Source: Octopus sinensis
Lineage: Eukaryota
Direction of reading: 5' to 3'
DNA length: 64,000 bases
NCBI RefSeq assembly: GCF_006345805.1
Contig: NC_043022.1
Span: 558,001-622,000, forward strand
Shown piece after piece: positions 1-11,469 of this stretch. Under the pieces are notes generated by a model, which searched no databases, was not told where the DNA came from, and worked only from the letters and a program-made list of their open reading frames with translations. The translations under genes were made by a program, and so were the position numbers. Each line of letters begins with the position of its first letter. The stretch's first letter is position 1.

Positions 1-1861
1 AATCGACTGGCCCCCTCCCCCAAAATTTCAGGCCTTGTGCCTATTGTAGAAAGGATTATTATTATTATTATTGTTGTTGTAGTTAAGCAGTCTTCTTTTT
101 ATGATGTGCATTCACTACACCACCGAGAGCAGTTTTGTGTGCCCTGGGTCTGTTTTGTTATTATTTTCTCCTTATTGAAAGCGCTTTACGGGTCAGCTTG
201 ATCAGTGCTGACCCGGAGCACGTAAAGCGGCAGTAGCAACTGCAACAGCAGTGGGGGCGCAAAGGCCCAGTGGTTAGGGCAGCGTACTCGCGGTCGTAAG
301 AACGCGGTTTCGATTCCCAGACCGGGCATTGTGATTGTTTATTGAGCAAAAACACCTAAGCTCCACGAGGCTCCGGCGGTGGGGCGTGGGTTGAACCTTG
401 CTGTACTCTTTCACCATAACTTTCACTTTTTCTTTCTACTTCTGCCACAAAGCAGAGGAACCGTCGTCATCATCATCGGATGATGATGATAACGACGTCA
501 TCGCCATAATCATCTCTTCCATCATCACGATCATCGCCATCCCCACCACAATTCCTAGCGCCATCATCACCACCACCACCATCATCGTTACCATCATCAC
601 CACCACCACCACCACCCTCTTCCACCACCAAGCATCCTAAAATCCAGACCAACAATTTATAAAAACCGCAATCCAGTGCTATTAATATTTAAATATCTGA
701 GATATTTGCACAATCTTTTAATGGAAATGATCATCGGAGGAACAGTGGGTGGTGGTGGTGGGTGGGTGAGGGTAGTGGTAGCGGAGGTCGGCGTTAATAA
801 TGATGGTGATGATGATGATGCTGTTGTTGTTGGTGGTGGTGTAGGTAGCAGGGATGGGCGGTTTTGATAAAGACCGTGATTATGATGACGTTGATAGCAG
901 TAATAGTGATGGTAGTGATGGTGACGGTGGTGACTTTAGCGATTGTAGTCACGATAATGATGATGATGATGACGACGACGGCGGACGGCTGTGGTTGTGG
1001 TGGTGGTCATATATTGACTAGATAAACACTTCATCAAAACAACCCACAAATTGCTTTGGACCTCAACTAACACTTAGAAATAAGACTAAAAAAAACGTCA
1101 CTAAAACATTTTAAAAACAAAAACTTTTTTTATTCATTAATACCAAACAAACAACAAAACGTAAACGCGCGAACAAGCAACAGACAACCAATATGATTTA
1201 TAGATTTTATTACAAATAGTAAAATTATAAACTTCACGACTTCAACTGTAAACTTCGCGACTTTAACCGCAAACTGTTGTGTTGGTCGCACAAGTACAAC
1301 TCTGTACCGTCAGCTCCCCATGTACATAGAACAAAGAGCAATTGCAATGCTATAAACGATAAAACACAAAACAAAAATATACGGGAAAATATTCACGAAT
1401 AAAACATTTATATTCGACAACTACGCTTCTCAAACTTTTGTTTTTTAAAATTATCGACCCACTTTTTTTACAATATTTTCCGGCATTCGAGTCGAATATT
1501 TTGTGATCAAAATTTACAGGTAAAACATGCTAAGTCAACTTATATACCAAAACGACTTCGGGAGACCAAAAATTCAATGTGAAATGCAGCAGGGTTTGGA
1601 AAGATAGTGACGATGTTTGAATGTTTGCCCTGCATCTTCACACAATAAGGTTACGCCGCTATATACTACGTTGACATACATGCTGGAACTACTGTACAAC
1701 ACCCTTTCGACGATTCGTAGCAACACCCTTGCTGCGATTCAAGAAAATTAAATACGCCTCCAAAATTTGCTGCTGATCAACATTAAAGTTATTTGCATAT
1801 AGGTTATTTTATCAATATAATATGGAATGTCAAAGCAATATTTTTTATTGTACACAGGGAT

Positions 1862-2410
1862 GGGGGCTACGCACAGAGGGGACAAACAAGGACAGACAAA
1901 CGGAGTAAGTCGATTATATCGACCCCAGTGCGTAACTGGTACATATTAAATCGACCCAGAAAGGATGAAAGGCAAAGTCGACCTCGACGGAATTTGAACT
2001 CAGAACGTAGCGGCAGACGAAATACCGTTAGGCATTTCGCCCGGCGTGCTAACGATTCTGCCAACTCGCCGCCCTCTGTCAAAGTAATATCGTAACCACA
2101 AATATTGGTTTTAAATTTTGATACAAGGACAGCTTTCGTGGGGAGGCGTATGTTGATTACATCAACCCCAGTGTTCAACTGGTATTTATTTTAACGACTC
2201 TGAAAGGATGAAAAAAAAAGTCGACCTCAGCGGCATTTGAACTCAGAACGTAAAGCCAAACGAAATACCTATTTCTTTACTGCCCACAAGGGGCCACACA
2301 CAGAGGGGAAAAGCAAGGACAGACAAAGCAAAGTCAACCTCGGCGGAATTTGAACTCAGAACGTAACGGCAGACGAAATACTGCTAAGTATTTTGCCCGG
2401 CAGTTAAAAT
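1862..2410 (-). mobile_element. Cluster of tRNA-derived SINE family A copies (Meta-domain-like core CCTTTCGGGGTCGATAAATTAAGTACCAG)
   Basis: Reverse-complement B-box GAGTTCAAATTCC plus the shared core. A tail fragment of the same family occupies 1-55. Confidence 0.85.
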
Positions 2411-3092
2411 GCTTAGTGGTATTTCGTCGGACTTCACACTCCGAGATCAAGTCTTTTGTTTAGTTTCCAGGTGCAAGAACCATAAACAGTTTACTGCACA
2501 AGTTCCTGTTCAGATTTCACAACTACATACTATAAAACTGAAGTCTTACCTTTAAATTCTTCATTTTAGGACAGTCTCGCTGTTATAGTTTATGAGAGCC
2601 GCGGAAATATTCCTTCTTTCGTTCTCCCTATATTAGTTCTTATGACGTTCTAATCTCTTTCGTTTTCTGTACGAAGGTGTGTGACATCGTGCTTAGGATG
2701 TTGGACTGACAATCGTAGAATCATTGCTTCGATTCCCGGGTTGGATGGTGCCTCGTGCTGTTCAGTGACGCATTTGAGTTCACGCTGTTTCAATCTACTC
2801 GGTTTAAACTGGGTACAGGAAACATCTGGGAGAGTTAACGTCGTGACGGACTAGCGTCCTGTCCGGGTTGCGGGTGGTGGGGTTAAAGTCTGGTTCTCTT
2901 AACCGCTTGTAGTCACGGACACTGGCATAAACTCCGGCCTAAAGGGCCTCTAAGTTTCATAACTTTCATTCTACTGTTTTCTTTCTTTCTCATTCTTTCT
3001 CTTCTTCAATATCTCTCTCTCCTTCACTTTCTATCTCTCCCTATATATCTCTCGTTCTTTGTGTTCGTCACTCCTCTCTCTCTCTCGCTTCA

Positions 3093-3127
<35 letters not shown>

Positions 3128-3155
3128 TGTCTCACTGCCTTATTCTCTTACTCCC

Positions 3156-3192
<37 letters not shown>

Positions 3193-3971
3193 ATTCTTCA
3201 GTTTTCTTTCTTTCTTCCTTTGTTCTCTGCTTTTCTGCTTTTCATTTCCTTCGTTTTCTCTCTCCTCCTCCTGCTCCTCGTATTCCTCCTCCCCTCACAC
3301 CGACTTCCTTTTATTTATCTCACTTCCGTTTCTTTATTTCCTCCATCCCAACTGCCATATTCTTTCCCCGTTTCCTTATCGGCTTCAGTTGTTGTTGCTT
3401 TTGTAATCCTTTCCGCCGCCGCCGCCATCACTGTCCCCTTGGCGGCTACTTTCTTCCTCAGGTGCTGGACGTGGGCCTTATTGCCGCTCTTGTCATTTCT
3501 TATTGTTGCTGTTCCTGGTATCGTTGTCGTTGTCAGAGTTTCTCTCTTGATGCGATGCCGGTCTTTGAAGCTGCTCTTATCCTACTTTGCCTAATAATTG
3601 TCGTTGTTGTTGTTGTTGTTGTGATGTGACTTTGGCTGCTATTGTCGCTTTTGTTGCTGCTGCTGCTGCTGATGTTGCTGCTACTGTTTACGTTGTTGAT
3701 GTTGTTGTTATTGTTGTAATCGTTTTTTGATGTGCTATGCTTGCGGATGTTGAGTTGATTGTCACTGATGTTGTTGTTGTTGTGGTTATCATTGTTAATC
3801 GTTGTTGTAGGAGTGGCTGTGTGGTAAGAAGCAAGATTAATCAGCCGAAATTGCGAGGATGATCCGGTACTTGACTGAAGATTGAAGGCTTCGAATGTCC
3901 CGTCCCTGTTTTTTGTGTCGTCTTCTAAATGTTTTACGTTCTTGTCCCAGTTTGTATTTTTCTACATATAA

Positions 3972-4057
<86 letters not shown>

Positions 4058-4240
4058 TAAGCAATAAAGGGTTAGCAACGAATTGCCTTACCACATACCG
4101 AATTTAGAAATAGCAGTCAAAGAGTTATAGCTATTTCTTCTACTAAAAAGGAGATCTCAGTAAAAACAGCAATTGGAAGGCAGACACAAACAGGTAAGAG
4201 AGAATGAATTGACGGCAATCTATCATACAATTTTAAGTTA

Positions 4241-4341
4241 TCTACGGACGTACGTTTCGAAATCAAGTTTTTAGGAAAGCATAAGAATTAAATATTAAAT
4301 AATTCTATCTTACCAAAAACTTCTTTTCTCTTCAGCGTAGA
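4241..4341 (-). ncRNA. Type I hammerhead ribozyme, inverted copy of 4755-4853
   Basis: Reverse complement of the + copy apart from 1-nt indels in stem II. All core nucleotides intact. Confidence 0.86.
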
Positions 4342-4754
4342 ATACTATAATCACTTTTAGTAGAAGAAATAGCTATAACTCTTTGACTGCTATTTCTAAA
4401 TTCGGTATGTGGTAAGGCAATTCGTTGCTAAACCCTTTATTGCTTAGTATTACTTAAATTTTCCTCGAATGAGGCTTTTACATGCCGAAGACTACTTGGT
4501 GTAATTGATAATTATTCCAAATTAATTAATTTCACCCTTCATTATTACGGATAACCATATTTTATCTCAGTAGATGACCACAGCATCTTGTTTTGGCTAC
4601 ACGCGGGTGGGAAGGGGCTGGTGACACAATCTTTTCATTCACGCATTGAGTTTGGTGATACTAGTTGCGGATTCTAGCTCGCTCTGATACTGAGTTGAGT
4701 TGGTGCCTTCTAGTATCTCAAAATTCAATATATAATCATTTATGATTATAGTAT

Positions 4755-4853
4755 TCTACGCTGAAGAGAAAAGAAGTTTTTGGTAAGATAGAATTATTTA
4801 TATTTAATTCTTATGCTTTCCTAAAACTTGATTTCGAAACGTACGTCCGTAGA
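4755..4853 (+). ncRNA. Type I hammerhead ribozyme, canonical core
   Basis: Stem I TCTACG(4755-60)/CGTAGA(4848-53). Core CTGAAGA 4761-67. Extended stem II: GAAA/TTTC, AAGTTTT/AAAACTT, GG/CC. GAAA 4836-39. Stem III ACGTACGT is self-complementary. GUC triplet, predicted cut after 4847. Confidence 0.88.
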
Positions 4854-5138
4854 TAACTTAAAATTGTATGATAGATTGCCGTCAATTCATTCTCTCTTAC
4901 CTGTTTGTGTCTGCCTTCCAATTGCTGTTTTTACTGAGATCTCCCTTTTTAGTAGAAGAAATAGCTATAACTCTTTGACTGCTATTTCTAAATTCGGTAT
5001 GTGGTAAGGCAATTCGTTGCTAAACCCTTTATTGCTTAGTATTACTTAAATTTTCCTCGAATGAGGCTTTTACATGCCGAAGACTACTTGGTGTAATTGA
5101 TAATTATTCCAAATTAATTAATTTCACCCTTCATTATT

Positions 5139-5194
<56 letters not shown>

Positions 5195-5629
5195 TTGTGT
5201 GTCTGTGTTTGCCCCTCCCTCCCAACGTCGCTTGACAACCGATGCTGGTGTGTTTACGTCCCCGTAACTTACCAGTTCGTCAAAAAAGACCGATAAAATA
5301 ATTACTAGGCTTACAAGGAATATGACCTGGGGTCGGTTTGATCGACTAAAAGGCAGTGCTCCAGCATGGCCACAGTCAAATGGCTGAAACAAATTAATGC
5401 TGTTGGTGTCGTCGAGGTTCTTTATGTTGCTGCTGCTGCTGTTGATGTTGTTATTTAGCCGGAAGTCAGCCCTTAACCAAAAGGACCATTGATCGAAGGC
5501 GTTCCAGTCGTGACCATTTCATATGATATTCCACGACAGCGTCATCCAATGGTATCCTTTCTCTTTTGATCCAGTAGAATATCGGATTTAATGGATGGAT
5601 GGACGGAGGCAGATTCGGCTGAGATTTCC

Positions 5630-5789
5630 TCTTCCTGTTGTTGTTGTTGCTATTGTCCTCATTTCCGCTGTCGATGACACGGTTTCCCAATGCTGCTGCT
5701 CTTGTTCTGGTTGTTGCTGTCGTTGCTGCTGGTGGTGTTGTTGTTGATGATGTTATTGCTGACGATGTTGTTTTTGCTGTTGTTTTTGC

Positions 5790-5824
<35 letters not shown>

Positions 5825-6160
5825 TTGTTGTTGTTGTTGCTGCTGCTGCTGCTGCTGTTGTTGTTGCCGCTGTTGTTGTTGTTGCCGCTGTTTGTTGACT
5901 AAAGGAAGTACATTATAAATTCTTCGGAACACCATTACCGCCAGCATCCCCCCCCGCTTCCCCCCCCACCACCACCAAAACTACCACCACCACCACAAAC
6001 ACCACAACCACAACCTCGACAACCAATACACCACCACTTCCATCATCGCAACTGCCACCACATCACCGTGCCCATCTCCACCACCACCATAACACCCACC
6101 ACCACCATCCTCACCACCACCACCACCGCCACCACCGCCACCACCTACTTCCACCTACAC
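5630..6160. repeat. (GTT/GCT)n and (ACC)n trinucleotide tracts
   Basis: Direct reading. Confidence 0.9.
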
Positions 6161-6479
6161 ATTACCGAAATATTTTAACCTATTACCAGCCAAGAGACAG
6201 GAGTGCCCAGAAGGGAAATAACTCCAGTTGTTGTTGTTGTTGTTCCTGTTTGTGTGTGTTGTTGTTGTTGTTGTTTATTTTAAACAAACAAATTATGTTT
6301 TCTTTTCTCTCCCTCCCCCTCTCTCCCTCTCTCTCTCTTTTCCTTTTCTTCTTTCCAATATATTTCTATAAAAGTTTCTGTTAAATATATTATAACTCGT
6401 ATCGTTTCTATTAAATATATTAATAAAACAACTCCCCTCACACACAACAACAACAACAGCAACAAACATGCATAGACCG

Positions 6480-6975
6480 GGATACACATTCATATACACA
6501 TACAAACATACATACAAACATACATACATATGGATATGCAAAAATGTCGTCAAAGAAATGGTATAATACGCACATACCTGCATACATACATACATAAACA
6601 CACACACATACATAAATAAATACATACATACATAAATAAACACATACATACATACATACATACATACATGCGGTCATACATACATAGATAAACACAAACA
6701 CATACATATATACGATCATACAGAGATATATACACTCACAAACATACATATATATACACATACATATACATACACACATAGATAAACACACATACATAAT
6801 ACATACAGACAGACAGACATACATAATACATACATACATACATACACACATACACTCACGCATGCATGCATACACAGATACATACACACACACACACAGA
6901 TAACTTACATTCATTCACAAAAATGTTCCTACCGAAGTTCTGTAACACCCACACATTCACACACACACACACACA
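6480..6975. repeat. (CATA)n/(CA)n compound microsatellite
   Basis: Direct reading. Confidence 0.9.
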
Positions 6976-7272
6976 CGCCCTTCCGCCCATGCCCATACAC
7001 CCATACATATGTGGCCATCCTGGTTTAATTGATTCGTTTAATGAAGAACAATAAAAAAAAAGCCAAATCATTATAAAGCCACGGATGACACATTAAAGAG
7101 TAATCAAGTCTGCATTTGACGTACTCCCACTTGAATACTCCTTGATGTGGTTTTTCTAATTTCAATCCAGACATCATTTAAAGTGCTTTGAAAAAGAAAA
7201 CAATAATGTGGATTATCTCTTTATTGCTTTTAATCCTGGAAAACGTTAATTTTATTGCTCTATTACAGACCA

Positions 7273-7312
<40 letters not shown>

Positions 7313-7321
7313 GCGCATATA

Positions 7322-7455
7322 TATTATTTAATAAACACAGTTTATATTTTTATGAGCTACTAATAGTTTCATACGACGAAAAATATTCAGACAACATCTC
7401 ATAACACGTTTGGAGCCCTCACACAATCCTCAGACAATTGTGTTTATTAAATATT
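7322..7455 (-). mobile_element. Short element with terminal inverted repeats and a decayed HHR-like core
   Basis: TTTAATAAACACA / TGTGTTTATTAAA inverted ends. Minus strand has CTGAGGA (7427-33) and GAAA-CTATTAG-TA (7358-70), but stems I and II do not pair. Confidence 0.4.
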
Positions 7456-7574
7456 AAATAATATTTCTCTTTCACCAGATGGAATACTTTTTTTTTATCT
7501 TACCTGTACGGAACAGTACATTGTATAAATACGCACACACACAACACATATATATATCATTCAATATGTGACCG

Positions 7575-7775
7575 CGTGTGTATCGTTGGCGATTTTTTCC
7601 CTCCGTCTTCCCTTCCTTGGATCTTTCCTTTTTCTATGTTTCTGACGAAGAGCTCCGCTCCAAACGTTAAATCCTCCTTCTTTCTTTCCTTTCCTGAGCG
7701 TCCAATAACACTATACTTGTTCCACGTCCTCGTGTTGTTGTGTTTTCTCTTTGGGTTTTCATGTTTGGATTAACT
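7575..7775 (+). mobile_element. PLE terminal-repeat-like short element with minimal HHR-like motif (G12 mutated)
   Basis: GTTT-CTGACGA-A-GAGC TCC GCTC-cAAA-CGTT-AAAT at 7638-7672, followed by a T-rich tail. Confidence 0.6.
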
Positions 7776-8289
7776 TTCACAGGGGTGGCATCTTGAGCAA
7801 GTGTCTTCTACTGTAGCCTCGGGCCGATCAAAGATTTGAGTGGATTTGGTAGACGGAAAATGAAAGAAGCTCATCGTGTGTATATGTGTGTGTGTGTGTG
7901 TGTTTACATATATTTATGAATGTATATATCCTTTTAGGAAGCGTGAATCTCGATGCAAATAAAGCTATAAATAATAGTGTTTAAATATTGGTTTAACAGC
8001 CGTTTCAATAAGAAGAAAAAACGCTCGAATGCTTCCCGCCGAACACGAACTCACATCTCCTGTAAACATGACGTGCGTGTCACCTTTGGACCAAAGCAAC
8101 CCTTCAAAAGTTCCCATCTGTTTTAAAAAGCTTATTCTTTCCAGCGAGAATTGTGCGTTGTTTATGTTATAAGAATTCAAAAACTTGAAGAATGTGAAAT
8201 AATTCTTTTTAGAAGTGTTGAATCTCACATTGAACAATGCTACAAATAATGGCTTCAAATTGTATCACGTGGTCAGGAGTTTCTTTTTT

Positions 8290-9268
8290 TTTTTGCGGCG
8301 GGGTGGAGTTAATTACTTCGACTCCAGTACTTGACTGGTACTTATTTTATCGACTGCGAACGGAAGAAAGGAAACGCTGACCTCGGTGGAATTTGAACTC
8401 AGAACGCAAAAACGAACGAAAAAAAAATCTACTAACAATTCTGCCAACACGCTGCCTAATATAATCCTATAATCAACAGCGTGTAAATATTGATTTGAAA
8501 GTTTGGCACAAGGCCAGCAATTTCGATGGAGGGGGTAAGTCGATTACATCGGCCCCTGGGCCACTTTTCATCGATCTCGAAAGGATGAATGGCAAAGTCG
8601 ACCTCGGCAGGATTTCAACTCAGAACTTGAAGACGGACGAAATACCTATTTCTTTACTACCCACAAGGGGCTAAACACAGAAAGGACAAACAAGGACAGA
8701 CAAGTGGATTAAGGCGATTATATCGACCCCAGTGCGTAACTGGTACTTATTTAATCGACCCCGAAAGGATGAAAGGCAAAGTCGACCTCGGCGGAATTTG
8801 AACTCAGAAACGGACGAAATACCTATTTCTTTACTACCCACAAGGGGCTAAACACAGAGAGGACAAACAAGGACAGACAAACGGATTAAGTCGATTATAT
8901 CGACCCCAGTGTGTAACTAGTACTTATTTAATCGACCCCGAAAGGATGAAAGGCAAAGTCGACCTCGGCGGAATTTGAACTCAGAACGTAACGGCAGACG
9001 TAATACGGCTACGCATTTCGCCCGGCGTGCTAACATTTCTACCAGCTTGCCAATAATCCTTTCTACTATTGACACAAGCCTGAAATTTTACGGGGGTGGA
9101 CTGGCCGATAACATTGACCCCAGTGTTCAACTGGTACTCAATTCATCGAAAGGATAAAAGGCAAAATCGATCTTGACGGTATTTGAACTCAGAACACAAA
9201 AAATAACGGAAGAGATGGTGCTAAGTATTTAGTCCGGACGTTAACGATTCTGCCAGCTCCCCGCCTTC
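8290..9268 (-). mobile_element. SINE family A cluster including a head-to-tail trimer (8495-9050)
   Basis: ~180-bp unit repeated at 8637-8812 and 8813-8998, plus flanking monomers. Confidence 0.9.
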
Positions 9269-9799
9269 AGGAAATATTAGAGGAAGCAGTCTAAGATAAG
9301 AGCGTTGGAATAAAAGATGGTAAAGACTGTAAAAGCTGAAACGCCCTTTGATCAGAGGTTAAGTCGATCATTACTGTCCTGGGGTTAAATAGCAGCAACA
9401 AAACATCTAAATTCTGTCAAGGTCAACGTTAATCTTCCCTTCCGAAATCGATAAAAATATATATTCTATCACAAATTAATATGTAATACGGTGGATGGAA
9501 AATCAATTAGGCGAGATTAGAGAGTTATATAATTACCTTCAGTTAGTTTGTGTTTGCGGTAGAGGGAGCGCCTTGGTGGTCACTCCACATGCTGGAAATA
9601 GCAGGTAATCTCTCACAAATGATATTCTGCTGTCTTAGAAAAAATATCAAAAATCAAAACAAAAAAAGGAGACGGCTGATAGACACATTGGATTATGTAG
9701 TCTAAGGTACACGTCACACTCATACACACACACATACACACATTATATATGCAAACATCTTCACTCTCACTACGTAGGTTCCTACACATAGCTGACTGA

Positions 9800-10125
9800 C
9801 CCTCCGTCAGTTACGACGACGAGGGTTCCAGTTGATCCGATCACCAGGACAACCTGCTTGTGAAATTAACTTGCAAATGGCTGAGCACTCCACAGACACG
9901 TGTATCCTTAACGTAGTTCTCAGGGAGACTCAGCATGACACAGGATGTGACAAGGATGGTCCTTTGAAATAAAGGTACAATTCATTTTTCTGCCAGCTGA
10001 GTGGACTGGAGCAACGTGAGATTAAGAGTCTTGCTCAAGGACACAACGCGCCTCCGCGAATCAAACTCACGACCGTACGTACACTCGTGAGCCGAACACC
10101 CTAAACTCTAAGTCACGCGCCTTCA
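9800..10125 (-). mobile_element. tRNA-derived SINE with GTGTCCTTGAGCAAG domain
   Basis: Head and domain recognised on the minus strand. Confidence 0.7.
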
Positions 10126-10836
10126 CTAAAACTGGCATTCCATTGGTTACGACGGCGAGGGTTGTAATTGATCCGGTCTGCATCTTAGTAGAAACTGGTG
10201 GATAAAGAAATCAAACTACAGAAACAAACGGCAGCAAAACCGCTCAGAAATTAAATAACACCAACATATTCAGTATCAATAATAAATTTAATTTATCCTC
10301 GACTATTTTTAGTTTTACCAATTTTGAATTTATCGCTCCTCTTTAAAACCTCTTACCTTCTTGACGATCGCATTTCTAGCTCTGCCTTGAAGGAAGTTTT
10401 ACTTCTTCGACTTTAACAGCACCGTATGCAGGTCCTTTCCGTTTTCTTTCACGCACGGATAAACTTTTCACTATAGACCTTAATGGTCATAAAGACACTA
10501 CATCAGTGGATAGACGAAAAAGAGGCCTTCGTAGAGAAAACTGTTCTTTTTCCCACGACACACACACAGCCCACACACCCACCTTCACATTCCATGACTA
10601 CCATAGGGGTCGATCCGGTACCGGTCAAGGATTCTGGATTATTTTTCGTTTTTTTTTTGTTTGTTTGTTTTTACTTAATTTTAGAGATCGGTCGAGTTCA
10701 TTTTCAGTATTCTCATTTGTGAGAGCAGTCGAGTTTATTTCAGTTATTCTCATTTTAAAAATCCTCTCTGGCTAATCTTCGAGAGGACATTGGTGTTGCC
10801 TTGGCAGAGGTTTGCGTCGTCGTCATTATTATTTAG

Positions 10837-11050
10837 GCGGCGAGCTGGCAGAATCGTTAGCACGCCGGGCAAAATGATTAGCAGTACTTCGCCCGTCGCT
10901 ACGTTATGAGTTCAAATTCCGCTGGTGTCGACTTCGCCTTTCATCCTTTCGGGGTCGATAAATTAAGTACCAATGAAACACTGGGGTCGATGTAATCGAC
11001 TTGTCCCCATCCCCACCACCTCAAAATCGAGGGCTTGTACTTCCGGTAGA
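10837..11050 (+). mobile_element. SINE family A, full monomer
   Basis: GGCGAGCTGGCAGAATCGTTAGC head, GAGTTCAAATTCC B-box, core and tail. Confidence 0.9.
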
Positions 11051-11059
11051 AAGAATTTT

Positions 11060-11425
11060 TTTTTTTCACTTTATCACAGAGTCTATTGGAGCTCCTGGAG
11101 CCTTGCATGCGTAGCGGGCTTGCTACCTGCAGTCCACAGTACTATGCTATTCGCTCTTTTCAGCTATTTGATACTTTCTTGATTATTCTGGCCGTGCCAT
11201 GAAGGCTAACCTTTTTGTAACAGTTCTGCTGGGCGCTCTTTTCCAATTTCCTTTATATTCCTCTTGATGCCTTCTCACTCTGTCCCCAAGGACCCAACAG
11301 TAATTGGCACTATCTTCACCTTCTTCATTTTCCATAGCCGGGCTCTTTCGTACTTTCGTACCTAAAAGAGTTCTACTATCTTTTCGCCTTCCTTCTTCAC
11401 TATTCGTGGGTCAAAGGGGAATGTA
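11060..11425 (-). mobile_element. RLE-type (R4/Dong-like) non-LTR retrotransposon 3' fragment
   Basis: PFDPRIVKKEGEKI...ARLWKMKKVKIVPITVGSLG...ELLQKVSLHGTARIIKKV*, a restriction-like endonuclease C-terminus. Confidence 0.85.
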
Positions 11426-11469
11426 GCAGCAGCAGCATTGTTGTTGTTGTTGCTGTTCTTGTTGTTTTA

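Larger units (their letters stand above)
4055..5145. mobile_element. HHR-bearing non-coding retroelement (retrozyme / PLE terminal-repeat-like) with partial tandem and 5' inversion
   Basis: 4355-4553 is directly repeated at 4947-5145 (period 592). 4055-4353 is the reverse complement of 4743-5041. Flanked on both sides by (TA)n. No ORF. Confidence 0.75.

Noticed and set aside
250-330. tRNA genes suggested by A/B boxes (also about 33650-33725, 35155-35215 and 50275-50335)
   Set aside because: No complete cloverleaf or acceptor stem; the boxes continue into SINE bodies.
1030-1850. Unique-looking CpG-containing segment as promoter or DNA transposon
   Set aside because: No TIR pair, TSD, ORF or adjacent exon found; only short local duplications.
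3868-3905. CTGAAGA...TTCGAATGTC-CCGTC as a hammerhead
   Set aside because: GAAA is replaced by GAAT, stem II is not properly formed and stem I pairing is poor. At best a decayed motif.
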